Positions 29,045 through 39,720 of a stretch of DNA of 64,000 nucleotides are shown one piece after another. The notes under the pieces were generated by a model, which was not told the origin of the DNA, did no database searches, and saw only the letters and a program-made list of their open reading frames with translations. The stretch covers positions 41,899 to 105,898 of the forward strand of contig JBBQGG010000002.1 in the NCBI GenBank assembly GCA_038322815.1, given 5' to 3'. The position numbers were made by a program, and so were the translations under genes. This DNA comes from Candidatus Kapaibacterium sp. GTDB taxonomy: Bacteria; Bacteroidota; Ignavibacteria; Palsa-1295. Within the stretch, counting starts at the first letter, position 1. The number at the start of each line of letters is the position of its first letter.

Positions 29045-29136
29045 GTCTGACCTGGATTGGGGAGATTAAGGGATTAAGATGATTAAGATCTCTCATCTTC
29101 ATAATCTGTAAAATCTCCCCAAATCCAGGTTCAGAC
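29045..29136 (-). terminator. long inverted repeat (~21-bp stems) with internal gattaagat direct repeats, downstream of ftsK
   Basis: The left arm gtctgacctggattggggagatt pairs with the right arm aatctccccaaatccaggttcagac. The loop contains gattaagatgattaagatc. Confidence 0.4.
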
Positions 29137-29138
29137 GA

Positions 29139-32100
29139 TTAATCCAAATTCCTCAGCACCAGCTCTAATTCCTCTTCGGATTCGATGCGGACTTCGCGGG
29201 CTTTGGCGCCATCAGATGGACCGATGATTCCGACGCGTTCGAGTTCATCAACGATTCTTGCTGCGCGGGAGTAACCGATCTTTAATCGGCGCTGAAGCAT
29301 GGAAGTACTGCCTTGTTTATTGCGGAAGAAACACCATGCAGCTTCTTCGAAAAGCTCGTCGTATTCGCCGTCATCATTTCCGCTTGATGTACCGCCGCCT
29401 TTTTGGCGCAATGCCGGAAGCGTCCAGGGACGTGAATAACTATAGCCCGAACCTTGCTGCGAGGCGATCGCTTCGACCATCGCTTCAACTTCATCGGTGG
29501 AAATATACGGAGCCTGCAATCGAATCGGCTTCGGAGTACCTGATGGAAGATAAAGCATATCGCCATTGCCAAGCAATTGCTCCGCACCCATCGAATCCAA
29601 GATCGTACGCGAATCAACTTTCGTCGCAACCTGATAGGCAATGCGCGCCGGGAAATTTGCTTTGATAACGCCGGTGATGACATCAACCGATGGCCGCTGT
29701 GTTGCAAGGATAAGATGAATACCAACAGCACGCGCCATCTGCGCAAGGCGGCAGATCGGTTCTTCGATCTCGCGTCCCGCTGTGATCATCAGATCGGCAA
29801 GTTCATCAATGATGACTACGATATATGGCAGATGGTAATGCTGTTCTTCCTGAGTTGATTTTAATTTGCCTTGGGAAACTTTCAGATTATAATCGGCAAG
29901 CGAACGAACGGCAGCTTTAGCAAGGCGGTCATACCGCTTTTCCATTTCGATCTCAAGCGCCTTGAGTGCAAGCACAGCATATTGCGGAGTCGTAACAATT
30001 TCTTCTCCTGCTTCAGGCGAGATGATTAGAAAATGATTGCGAAGCGCTTTATATAATGACAGCTCAATTTTTTTCGGATCAACGATCACAAATTTTACAT
30101 CACGCGGACTTTTTGCATAAAGCAGCGAAGCAATGATGCCATTAACGCCGACGGATTTTCCGGAACCTGTTGCACCTGCAATAAGCAAATGCGGCATCTT
30201 CGAAAGATCATCAATATAGACATCGCCGGAAATTGTTTTGCCCAAAGCGCATGGAAGATTCATCTTCGAATTCGTGAAGGCATGGCTTTCAAGCACGGAG
30301 CGCATCGTTACCATCTTCGGATGATCGTTCGGAATTTCAATGCCGATCGTTCCTCGTCCCGGCATCGGTGCAATGATGCGGATACCGCGAGCTTTCATTG
30401 CAAGAGCAATGTCGTCTGTAAGATTTCCGACTGCCGAAACCTTCACGCCTTCAGCAGGAGTGAATTCATAAAGCGTAACAACAGGACCAGGCGTGACAAC
30501 AATATTTTCAATATCAACGCCGAATGTTGCAAGCTTATCGCGAAGTAATGTGCCTTTCTTCGACAGCTCTTCATCATCAGCATCGATCTCATCTGAAGGA
30601 TCGACAGGTGTCAGTAGTTCAACTGATGGATGGCGATATTTGCTGAGATGTTCGTTGTACGGATTTTCCGGAATAACAGTTTTTTCTGCAACGCTGAATA
30701 ATGATGCCGGAGCTTTTTCAATGATCGGTACTTTCGGCTCAATGATGATCGCAGCGAATTCACTTGGCGTATCAAGTGAATGAGGAAGAGCTTCATTGCT
30801 TAAAACTTTTTCATCGCCGATCTCGATGACGGGAATTTTTTCTTCGGCGATTATGGGTATCGGCATTGCTTCAAGGATCGGGGCATGAGACGTATGGATC
30901 TTATATGACTCATCGGTCACATCATCGGGAAGAATGCGAACTGATCTTGGCTGTTGTGGTGCAAATGCACCGCCTGATAATCTTGAAAGCCCGTTAGTTT
31001 TTTCTCCGAGAACATCATTCGGATTTTTTGTTAACCGTGGGATCGGTTGTGCTGCCGGCACACCACTTTTCGGTGCGGGACGTACTTTTAAGAACGGTGC
31101 GTTGGGGGAAATTTTTTCAGATGATTTTGTTTCTCCTTTTTCATTGATTGGCATCGTTGTCGTGCCATTGGAACGGATAATTATATCGCGGGCAGGGTCT
31201 AATTCTTCGGTTTTTTTATCTTTTGCAATTTCCTTTTCAGAAGCTTCATCCGATTTTGGTTTCGTATCGATATGAGTTATAGGTATTACAGGATTTATAC
31301 GACCTATGTTTTTCTCTGGCTGCTTGACTACAACTTTTTCTTCTTTAGCAATGATCGGTGCTGGAATATCTTCCGGTATCTCTTCATCAACTTCTGCACT
31401 TTGCTCTTTGCGTAAAAGTTTTTCTTGCTTTTTTGCTTCTCGTTTATCCCAAAATTCTATGAGCTTCATCCTGGTCTTGCCCGATAAGCCTGCGTATCCG
31501 CCTTGCACACGTCGGAAGGTCAGTTCGATATCAAGATCAATTGCAAAGACAAGCATCACGATAAATGATGTAGTATAAATTAATAATGCACCGATAGAAC
31601 CGATGAGACGGGTAAAAGTAAGTCCTAAAAATTGTCCGATAGCTCCGGACCATTCGCGGTCAAGATGCGGCAAGGCATTGATAAGCTGCGTTGTGCCGAT
31701 GGTTGCCGAAAAAAGTACGGCGGAGATCAGCATGAATGTCGTTGCAAGCGTCAGTCTGCGGCGCTGCTTTGTAGAAAATTTGAAAAGTGCAAGGGACCAC
31801 CATCCGAGAAAGAGCGGAAAAATAATAGCGGCGTAACCGATGGTCTTATTGATAAAGAAATTCGCAAGCATTGCGCCGATCAGCCCAAGCCAGTTATGCG
31901 CTGTATCGGCATTGGCATTGATCATCGGATCGCTGCGCGTAAAGATCGCCGGAAGATCGCCAAGCCGAGTTTCGGATTGAGCAGTATCTTGCGGACTATA
32001 GCTGATGATAGCGAGTACAAGAAGTATTGCACTCATAATTAAGAGGACACCAAGTACTTGACGCTGTTTAACCGTAGAATCAGTTTTTTTTGCAGGTGTT

Positions 32101-32468
32101 CTTAATTTGAGAGGTATCTGCTCTCCGGCCGACGGCACTTCTGATGATGCTCGCGAACTGCGTCTTCTCGGAGCAGGAGCTTTAATTTCTTCTTCTTCAA
32201 TTTCTTCAGATAGACGCTTCGGCATCGGACGCGCTCCGCGGGGACGGCGTTGACGGACCGGCGGTTCGACTACTTCTTCAAGTTCCTGAGGATAAAGAAA
32301 ATCTGCATCTTCCGGAATTGCCGCATCGTCCGGCTCCATCGGAATAACGCGTGAATAACCCGCACTGCGCGTACTGCCCGAACGGGTGACGCGAACTGAC
32401 GGACGATTTGTATATTCGAATTCGTTTAACATAGATAAATCCTCACTTTCACTAATGCGCAGAGACAA
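29139..32468 (-). CDS. ftsK: DNA translocase FtsK (N-terminal TM domain, long linker, motor domain, C-terminal gamma winged helix)
   Basis: It has a Walker A motif (GATGSGKSVGVN), a motor-domain pattern and a C-terminal gamma domain (RRLKIGYSRAARIVDELERVGIIG). Confidence 0.9.
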   Translation of the reverse strand: MSLRISESEDLSMLNEFEYTNRPSVRVTRSGSTRSAGYSRVIPMEPDDAAIPEDADFLYPQELEEVVEPPVRQRRPRGARPMPKRLSEEIEEEEIKAPAPRRRSSRASSEVPSAGEQIPLKLRTPAKKTDSTVKQRQVLGVLLIMSAILLVLAIISYSPQDTAQSETRLGDLPAIFTRSDPMINANADTAHNWLGLIGAMLANFFINKTIGYAAIIFPLFLGWWSLALFKFSTKQRRRLTLATTFMLISAVLFSATIGTTQLINALPHLDREWSGAIGQFLGLTFTRLIGSIGALLIYTTSFIVMLVFAIDLDIELTFRRVQGGYAGLSGKTRMKLIEFWDKREAKKQEKLLRKEQSAEVDEEIPEDIPAPIIAKEEKVVVKQPEKNIGRINPVIPITHIDTKPKSDEASEKEIAKDKKTEELDPARDIIIRSNGTTTMPINEKGETKSSEKISPNAPFLKVRPAPKSGVPAAQPIPRLTKNPNDVLGEKTNGLSRLSGGAFAPQQPRSVRILPDDVTDESYKIHTSHAPILEAMPIPIIAEEKIPVIEIGDEKVLSNEALPHSLDTPSEFAAIIIEPKVPIIEKAPASLFSVAEKTVIPENPYNEHLSKYRHPSVELLTPVDPSDEIDADDEELSKKGTLLRDKLATFGVDIENIVVTPGPVVTLYEFTPAEGVKVSAVGNLTDDIALAMKARGIRIIAPMPGRGTIGIEIPNDHPKMVTMRSVLESHAFTNSKMNLPCALGKTISGDVYIDDLSKMPHLLIAGATGSGKSVGVNGIIASLLYAKSPRDVKFVIVDPKKIELSLYKALRNHFLIISPEAGEEIVTTPQYAVLALKALEIEMEKRYDRLAKAAVRSLADYNLKVSQGKLKSTQEEQHYHLPYIVVIIDELADLMITAGREIEEPICRLAQMARAVGIHLILATQRPSVDVITGVIKANFPARIAYQVATKVDSRTILDSMGAEQLLGNGDMLYLPSGTPKPIRLQAPYISTDEVEAMVEAIASQQGSGYSYSRPWTLPALRQKGGGTSSGNDDGEYDELFEEAAWCFFRNKQGSTSMLQRRLKIGYSRAARIVDELERVGIIGPSDGAKAREVRIESEEELELVLRNLD

Positions 32469-32631
32469 TTACCACGGCATTTGCTGCGAAAGTGGGAGAT
32501 CGCTCGGATAGGAATTTATGACGATAACATGGGCGAAATGTTATAATTCGCCACAAATCCCCATTTATAAACACGACGTTGCTGGAATAACTCCCTGAAA
32601 GGGAGGAAAAATGAAATTTTTTTATAAGAAA

Positions 32632-33372
32632 TTAGAAAGTCAGTTTTTTCTTGATCACTGTCTGTTCGAGGACAGGGACGATGGGTACACTATCGACTTC
32701 ACTAGCTGTTTTTATGTCTTCAGAGAACCCGATCGTAGCAAGATATTTTCCATGTTCACTTTGAGTAAGTGTACCGTAAATATCATGTCCGTATTCCCGA
32801 TATACTGAAAGGACAGTGCGGGCACTATCGGTGAGTTCGAGATTCGGAATTTTTTCTGCAAGCTTGGTGAGCATGAGCCCCGCGCAAACTGCATCTTCAA
32901 GTGAGAAATCATCTTCGCGACCGCTGCAAATAATAACAAGTCCGGTCTGTTCAAGATCGGGAAGTTCACTTAACGCCCGGACAACTGCAGAGAGATTGAC
33001 AAAACTTCCGACAAAACAATGACGAGCATATTTTGCTTTTGTCAAAGCAACTGCACCATTTGTCGTTGTAAGGATAAGCGCTTTACCGGCAACCGCTTCT
33101 TTCGTGTATTCGGCAGGAGAGTTGCCGAGTTTAAACCCTTCGATGCGCTTGCCGCCGCGTTCTCCGCAAAGAATGGTTAAGGTAGAGAAAAGATTGCCGA
33201 CGATCTTCATAGCCTGATCGACAGAGCCAACCGGAATTACTTCCCGTGCTCCGGCATTCATCGCATACGTAATTGTCGTCGATGCTCGAAGGACATCGAT
33301 CACGACGATCGTCTTATCGCGAAGATCGATCTCATCTAAAGTGTTCGGACTGAAATAAACGCGTACTTTCAA
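32632..33372 (-). CDS. comB: 2-phosphosulfolactate phosphatase family protein
   Basis: The full-length sequence matches the ComB family, with the segments VVIDVLRASTTI and ILTTTNGAVAL. Confidence 0.8.
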   Translation of the reverse strand: MKVRVYFSPNTLDEIDLRDKTIVVIDVLRASTTITYAMNAGAREVIPVGSVDQAMKIVGNLFSTLTILCGERGGKRIEGFKLGNSPAEYTKEAVAGKALILTTTNGAVALTKAKYARHCFVGSFVNLSAVVRALSELPDLEQTGLVIICSGREDDFSLEDAVCAGLMLTKLAEKIPNLELTDSARTVLSVYREYGHDIYGTLTQSEHGKYLATIGFSEDIKTASEVDSVPIVPVLEQTVIKKKLTF

Positions 33373-33535
33373 TGGGTTAAAATCGTATTCTATATTTACG
33401 AGCGCGTAAGAACCAGAATCTGAAAAGAAAAGTCACAAGTAAACTTTGAAAGAAAGGGAACATTTATATCCTCTTTTATGCTCACCTGCTCTTAGGATTA
33501 AAAGCTAAGAACTGAAAAACCCAGAACCACTTACA

Positions 33536-34510
33536 ATGCAATATACCTTTCTCGGAAGAACTGGCTTGCAAGTCAGCCGCCTATGTCTTGGAACAATGAA
33601 CTTCGGACCTGTTACGAATGAAGCCACAAGCTTTCGCATCATGGATCATGCGCTTGAGCTTGGCATTAATTTTTTCGATACGGCAGATTTTTACGGAAGG
33701 CATATCGGCAAAGGTGCAACGGAGCAGCTTATCGGAAAATGGTTTGCGCAAGGCGGGGGAAGAAGAGAAAAAGTTGTGCTTGCAACAAAGATGTATGGCA
33801 TGATGGATGAATGGCCGAATAATTCGAAAGTATCCGCTTATTATATTCGTAAAGCATGTGAATCAAGTTTGAAACGTTTGCAGACTGACTACATTGATCT
33901 CTACCAAATGCATCATATCTTCAGGCGAACTCCGTGGGAAGAAACATGGCAAGGTATGGAGCAGCTTGTGCACGAAGGAAAGATCATTTATAACGGCTCA
34001 TCAAATTTTGCTGCATGGAATATTGTGCAGGCAAATGAACGGGCAAAAGAGCGGCATTTTTTAGGCCTGGTTTCCGAGCAAAGTATTTATCATCTCAATG
34101 CCCGAATGATAGAGCTTGAAGTTATTCCTGCCTGCGAAAATTATGGTGTCGGTATTCTGCCATGGAGTCCGCTTGGCGGCGGATTACTTGCCGGAGGAGC
34201 ATACAATAAACCCGGTTCTGAAAGTCGCAGGTCCCAACTTACGCCGGCAAGACTTGAGAAAGAAAAAGAAAAAGTTGCTGCGTATGAATCCCTCTGCAAT
34301 GAGATCAGCGAAAAACCCGCAGATGTTGCACTTGCATGGCTTCTGCAAAATAAAGCGGTGACCGCTCCGATCATCGGACCCCGGACAGATGAGCAATTAA
34401 CAGATTCGCTCAGAGCATTGGAAATAAAACTCTCTAAAGAGACCAATGACAAACTCGATGAGATCTTTCCGGGACCGGGAGGGCAAGCGCCGGAAGCGTA
34501 TGCGTGGTAG
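33536..34510 (+). CDS. aldo/keto reductase family oxidoreductase
   Basis: It has GINFFDTADFYG and a catalytic tetrad pattern along its length. Confidence 0.85.
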   Translation: MQYTFLGRTGLQVSRLCLGTMNFGPVTNEATSFRIMDHALELGINFFDTADFYGRHIGKGATEQLIGKWFAQGGGRREKVVLATKMYGMMDEWPNNSKVSAYYIRKACESSLKRLQTDYIDLYQMHHIFRRTPWEETWQGMEQLVHEGKIIYNGSSNFAAWNIVQANERAKERHFLGLVSEQSIYHLNARMIELEVIPACENYGVGILPWSPLGGGLLAGGAYNKPGSESRRSQLTPARLEKEKEKVAAYESLCNEISEKPADVALAWLLQNKAVTAPIIGPRTDEQLTDSLRALEIKLSKETNDKLDEIFPGPGGQAPEAYAW

Positions 34511-34596
34511 GGAAAATATGAAATATGAAACAGGAAATATGAGAACTAATGAAGTTATCTTTTTCCTATTTCATATTTCCTAATTCATATTTTAAT

Positions 34597-35025
34597 TTAT
34601 ACCATCGTTCCTTCAGCCGTGATCTCTGCTTTTATTGCGCGAGAGATCGGGCAATTTTCTTTAGCATTCTCAATAGCTTCCTGAAATTTTGCAGCATCGC
34701 CATTCGGAATCTTCGCCACTACGGTAACATGAATCTTCGTAACAGTCCAGTCGCCCGGTGCTTTATCTGTGGTGATAGCAGATTTGGTGTTAATCTCCTC
34801 AGCCGTCATTCCCATTCCGTCGAGAACGAATGCAAGCTTCATCGAAAAACAAGCAGCGTGTGAAGCGGCAAGCATTTCTTCAGGATTTGTGCCCGATCCT
34901 TCGCCGAAACGGTTATTCCAATTATAGGCTACATTGATTGCTTTCGATTCGCCGGCAACTGAGCCGTTTCCTTCTTTTCCGGTTCCATTCCATTTTGCAG
35001 ATGCACTGCGCGTAAACATTGGCAT
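34597..35025 (-). CDS. OsmC/Ohr-family peroxiredoxin-like protein
   Basis: It is 142 aa long with a conserved Cys pair (AACFSMK ... ENCPISRA). Confidence 0.8.
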   Translation of the reverse strand: MPMFTRSASAKWNGTGKEGNGSVAGESKAINVAYNWNNRFGEGSGTNPEEMLAASHAACFSMKLAFVLDGMGMTAEEINTKSAITTDKAPGDWTVTKIHVTVVAKIPNGDAAKFQEAIENAKENCPISRAIKAEITAEGTMV

Positions 35026-35124
35026 AGTAGTAAGTGTAATTAATGTAAAAAAAATTATTATTCGGGTGCGTATAACAACACCGAGGAACGATAGGGTTCT
35101 GTTACGACGAAGCGTAAGGCTGCC

Positions 35125-36192
35125 TTACGAAGGCTGAGTTATCCTAATTTCCGACGACTTTGTAAATAAAATGTGGTCGTGGTAATAATGGGTCAGCAGG
35201 AAACAGAGAATAATCATGTAGTATATTTGATCGTACGATAAATGATGATACTCCTGTGTGAGACGGAGAACAAGAATGATCACCAATGCCGATGAAGCAG
35301 CGAGGAAATTAGCACCATAATATTTCCACCATTTTCCGGGTTCAGCTAATTTTCGTATAGCAGGTTTCGTGATCTCGCCACGTTCGTAACGGAGGCGGTT
35401 GATATACCACGTTAAACCGAGATATTGGAATGAATGCCAGGAGTTCAATCCCTGAAACGCCACATCTAATTCGTGAAAGAACGGGGTGAAAAAAGCTGCC
35501 AATACGGTAACGGTTACAAGAATTGTTTTCGGAATATTGCCAATGCCAAGTTGAAATTCACGAATTGTTTTTGCAACATAAAGAATAAATGATACCCCAA
35601 ACAGTATGCTTGCTGCCCACCATACAATGTCAACTTTCAAAAATTCCGGAAAGAACAATGGCTGTTCACCAACAGTGAATGTATTATGCACGAAACGGTA
35701 CATTGCCATCGGATAGAGCGCTGAAAGGACGACGGCATAATCAATAACTCGCGAATACCTGGTCAGGAAGGAGCGCTGACGTTCATTATAACAATCAACT
35801 ATGAAAATGATCTGATGGAGTACGTGAATACTTGCCCAAAAGAAAAAAATCGTGAGTAAATAGGTAAATTGAAAGATCGCGGCATAGATCACCAGAGAAG
35901 GTATTATAAATGCCATGGGAATTATCGTCCAATAGCGCTTGCGGAATGTCGGCTCAAATAATGTTCGCGTATAGGTAGCATACATATGCGGTCCGCCTAT
36001 AGCGCCCGCAATAAGATAATTTACAGCGACACGTGCTTTATTAGGATCGAATCCGATGGCTTGACCAAAATAGTAGGTAGCATAAGGCAGGATCACAAGA
36101 ATAACCGAAAGTGATATCCACGTCAAATCCCACTTTGGCGATTTAAGCCAAAGCGAACGTCTTCCTGTAGATTCAATTGCTAAAGTTGCCAT
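35125..36192 (-). CDS. polytopic membrane protein with His-rich motifs (unknown function)
   Basis: It has about 8 TM helices and the His motifs WASIHVLHQ and NSWHSFQY. Confidence 0.45.
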   Translation of the reverse strand: MATLAIESTGRRSLWLKSPKWDLTWISLSVILVILPYATYYFGQAIGFDPNKARVAVNYLIAGAIGGPHMYATYTRTLFEPTFRKRYWTIIPMAFIIPSLVIYAAIFQFTYLLTIFFFWASIHVLHQIIFIVDCYNERQRSFLTRYSRVIDYAVVLSALYPMAMYRFVHNTFTVGEQPLFFPEFLKVDIVWWAASILFGVSFILYVAKTIREFQLGIGNIPKTILVTVTVLAAFFTPFFHELDVAFQGLNSWHSFQYLGLTWYINRLRYERGEITKPAIRKLAEPGKWWKYYGANFLAASSALVIILVLRLTQEYHHLSYDQIYYMIILCFLLTHYYHDHILFTKSSEIRITQPS

Positions 36193-36444
36193 ACGTTACC
36201 AAGAATACCGATATTGCTCATACAAAATTACGACAAAAAAACAATAATTGTACCCATTTAGTTGAAATTTTATCTAAGTGATTGATTCTTATGCGATATA
36301 CCATGCTATCAAGCATACACGCATAAATAAGAATGGGATGTTTTTCCTCTAAATTTGGTTTTCTACACCCGTTTAAAAAAACGCTGCTGGCTGATAGCCT
36401 GATTCCTGAATAGGATGCAGCCTTAATGATGAAAGAAAATTATT

Positions 36445-37734
36445 ATGTCAAACCAAAACGAAGAGATCGAAAAAAAAGAAACTGATACAATTTCTGAAAC
36501 TCCGGTATCCGAAACTCCTGCAATTCCACCCCCGACTCCAGAGGCGGAAGCCCCGCCTGAAAAACCTGCCGGACCGCTTGATGCATTTGAGAAGCTTCGC
36601 CGCTCACGCCAGATCATAGATGCAAAGGTCATTAAATGGTCAAACAATGGTTTAGAGGTAGAGCTAGATGGCGGCATAAAAGCCACGATGCCGAATAATC
36701 ACATTGATCTAGACCCCGATCGCAATATTGCAAAATATTTTGGAAAGAGCGTGCCTGTCCGTATCATCAATTTAAAGATGGAACATGGACATCCGCTCAT
36801 CAGCGTTTCGCATCGCTCCGTTCTTGAAGACGATCTGAAAAAAGCTTCGAAAGAAAAGCTGGAAACATTGAATGTTGGTGATGTCATTGATGCAAAAGTA
36901 AAAGCATTTAATATCAAGGACGTCATCGTTGATCTTGGTCCCGGCGTTGAAGCGATCATTCACGGAAGAGATCTTTCCTGGGAGCATTTTACGCATCCTT
37001 ATGAAGTCGTCAAGCGCGGTCAGGTTCTGCAGGCAAAAGTATTGCAGGTGGATAAAAAACACCGCTCTATCCAACTCGGAGTTCGCCAGCTTACTCCTGA
37101 TCCATATCTTGAAAGCTTCAGCAAATTTCATGAAGGTGATAAACTTAATGTAGCTGTCGTCAGCATTAATGATTTTGGCGCTGAAGTTTCACTTGGTGAA
37201 AACATCACTGCATTCCTTCCGATCTCTGAGATTTCATGGGAGCGAATTCCGACCGTTGCTTCAGCAGTAACTATTGGCGATGAATTTGAGGTACAGATCT
37301 TGATCGTCGATCCAAAGAAGCGTCGTATCTCGGTTTCGAAAAAACGCCTTGAGGAGAATCCGGTTCGCCAGCGCGAAGAAAAATATCGTCCGGGCACTGA
37401 TCATAACGGCACCATCAAAGAAATCACTAAAGGTGGAGTTGTTGTTGCATTCGAAGATGACATCGAAGGCTTTGTGCCACGCCGTGAACTCAGTCACGAC
37501 CGTATCGAGCGCTTAGAAGACGTCTTCAAAAAAGATAAGCCAATCGAAGGTTTACGTGTTATTGAATACGACCGCCGCGACGGAAAGATCACTTTATCAT
37601 TCATCGCAGCCGAAAAAGAAGCGCAGCGCAATACGTTGAAAAATTATCGTGCTACGCCCAGGGGTTCTAGTTTTTCCTTAGGAGAACTTGGATCATTAAA
37701 AGAAAAGCTGGAACAGGCAGAAGGAAAAAAATAA
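36445..37734 (+). CDS. S1 RNA-binding domain protein (ribosomal protein S1-like, shortened)
   Basis: It has an acidic, Pro-rich N-terminus followed by several S1-like repeats. Confidence 0.7.
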   Translation: MSNQNEEIEKKETDTISETPVSETPAIPPPTPEAEAPPEKPAGPLDAFEKLRRSRQIIDAKVIKWSNNGLEVELDGGIKATMPNNHIDLDPDRNIAKYFGKSVPVRIINLKMEHGHPLISVSHRSVLEDDLKKASKEKLETLNVGDVIDAKVKAFNIKDVIVDLGPGVEAIIHGRDLSWEHFTHPYEVVKRGQVLQAKVLQVDKKHRSIQLGVRQLTPDPYLESFSKFHEGDKLNVAVVSINDFGAEVSLGENITAFLPISEISWERIPTVASAVTIGDEFEVQILIVDPKKRRISVSKKRLEENPVRQREEKYRPGTDHNGTIKEITKGGVVVAFEDDIEGFVPRRELSHDRIERLEDVFKKDKPIEGLRVIEYDRRDGKITLSFIAAEKEAQRNTLKNYRATPRGSSFSLGELGSLKEKLEQAEGKK

Positions 37735-37756
37735 AGTAGAAATTTTACTTTAGACG

Positions 37757-37790
37757 TAAAGGCACCTATTAATAAATAGGTGCCTTTTTA
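37757..37790 (+). terminator. Rho-independent terminator of the S1-like gene
   Basis: The sequence aaaggcacctatt-aataa-ataggtgccttt forms the stem-loop and is followed by tttatt. Confidence 0.7.
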
Positions 37791-37820
37791 TTTACACTAC
37801 AAGATTACTTTGTTATTGAG

Positions 37821-38449
37821 TTACTTCAATACAATGAAAGAAGCATTTAGTATGCTCTTTCCAATTACAATGCGACAATAGTACTTTCCTGCTGCTAACG
37901 AATCGGTTGGGATTTGAGCTGAAAATGCACCGCTTGAAAGAGCTTCTTCATAATATGCAACTTCTACACAGTCTGATGAGAAAACTTTTATCTCAACCGA
38001 CGATGCATTTTGAATCTTAAAATTAATATTTGCATGATCTCTTGCAGGGTTCGGAAAAATATGAAGTGAGTTTTGAACAGCCTCGTCAGTGGATATTCTT
38101 TGTACAGAAAGTTTTAATGAATTGACTCTGCCATCAATAACCGGCTTTATCGTATCGCGTGCTGCAATATATCTTGAAATGACTTGAAACTCCGATGTAT
38201 CTTTATAAATATGGACACCGCTGAGAGGAATTCCAATTGCACCTAAGAACATGGCTGCGAATTCATTGGCTGCTACCCAAATTCAGCAATACCTATATAT
38301 GGTATCCCTGACCAGATTGTCAGAGAGGTCTTTCCCTCATTCGGAAACAGTGCATCCTGTTTTGGAGCAGGTACAAGTTGGGCTGATGAGATTTGAACTG
38401 TAGTGAGTATTACATAAAATGCAATGAGAATGCGAGTGATGTTTTTCAT
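37821..38449 (-). CDS. small secreted protein with T9SS C-terminal domain; frameshift near 38270
   Basis: The signal-peptide ORF (track 38273..38491, MKNITRILIAFYVILTTVQISSAQ...) ends at a TAG. The CTD ORF (37821..38252) is open right after a TGA in the adjacent frame. Confidence 0.45.
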
Positions 38450-38474
38450 ATTGTTTTGCATCAGAAAATGTGAT

Positions 38475-38554
38475 TGAATTTCGTGATACAAAAATGGCGA
38501 ATATGAATACCCGAATTGTCACCAATCTTTCAGAGGATTGTCAAAAGATTGTCA
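38475..38554. promoter_or_regulatory. conserved ~85-bp upstream module, copy 1, with direct repeat GATTGTCA-aaa-GATTGTCA (11-bp phase)
   Basis: It is about 85% identical to 39721-39803. It lies 5' of the minus-strand gene that starts at 38449. Confidence 0.45.
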
Positions 38555-38597
38555 TATAGACGAGATCGAACTTTAAGGCTAAAAATACCGTCGTATT

Positions 38598-39641
38598 TTA
38601 CGCTTGAGAGATTGCCCTGGTTCTGGTTTTTAGAAGCGCAATTATTTCTTCTTTATTTCGAGGAGGATTTTGTAGTTCAACAAAATGACGGACTAAAATG
38701 TCATATCGTTTGAACATAAGAAGGAGCCAAACCATAATGAAATCAATGCCTGAAAATATGATCGCGCCCCGATTCTTATACATCTCATTATTCTGCTGGA
38801 ATTCAATAGGCATATCTGTCCAGTGAAGCGAGGATTTGTGATGATGTCCAATATGATAGCCATCATTAAAGCTCCGGCGGTTATAACGACTGTTGATGAG
38901 GGTAATGCTACTCGCGAATGGATCTTCAGGACGAGAGGGGTCAATAAAAGCATGTTGTCCCCAATTTCCAGCAATCATTACAAAACGACAAAAAATGAAT
39001 GGAACAATAAAGACGACCAGTGTTGCCTGCCAGTTTATTAAACATAAAGCGGCAACAGAGAGAAAAAAACTAATCTCACCGGCAACTATGCGAATGAGCA
39101 GTTTCCGACGCCGCTTCTTCGCCATGTAAATGGTGAGATTGAAAAAAGTACCGAAGAAGAAACGAAGAAAATATCTAAACCAGCCAGTGAATGAGTCTCT
39201 CTGATAGTTCATAGTCGAACTAAGATCGGCTTCAAGATTTTCTTCGACATGATGCATCCCGACATGATGGACAAAGTATGTCTCGGGCGATTCTCCAAAA
39301 AGCGGGCCAAGTATCCAAACAATATATTGATTAAAAATCCGGTACTTTTTGCGAAAGAGCGGACGATGACTCGTATTATGGAGGATCAGAATGAATCGGT
39401 CCATATAAAAAAAGATATTAAAGGGCACATAGAGCGCCAGTATGATCCAATGAGGAGAGCCGAGATAGATGTAAAATACGAGAGGCACAATAACTAGAGT
39501 CGCTTCTATCAGGAAGCGCATAAAAGGCAGATCGCGGGGATCATTAATAAGTCGAAGGAGGAACCTGTCAAAAAAATTATTCGAGGCTTTCGGCTTGTAT
39601 GTCGGATCTGTGATGGTCAGTATATTTGTACTTTCTCTCAC
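38598..39641 (-). CDS. membrane fatty-acid desaturase family protein
   Basis: It has three His boxes (HNTSH, HHVGMHH and HIGHHH), with TM helices between them. Confidence 0.8.
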   Translation of the reverse strand: MRESTNILTITDPTYKPKASNNFFDRFLLRLINDPRDLPFMRFLIEATLVIVPLVFYIYLGSPHWIILALYVPFNIFFYMDRFILILHNTSHRPLFRKKYRIFNQYIVWILGPLFGESPETYFVHHVGMHHVEENLEADLSSTMNYQRDSFTGWFRYFLRFFFGTFFNLTIYMAKKRRRKLLIRIVAGEISFFLSVAALCLINWQATLVVFIVPFIFCRFVMIAGNWGQHAFIDPSRPEDPFASSITLINSRYNRRSFNDGYHIGHHHKSSLHWTDMPIEFQQNNEMYKNRGAIIFSGIDFIMVWLLLMFKRYDILVRHFVELQNPPRNKEEIIALLKTRTRAISQA

Positions 39642-39720
39642 ATTAACTCAGTTATATATAGAACACTTACTGAGACATTATTATTCGTTGATTTTTTCAT
39701 TACTCTTCAAAAAAATGCAA

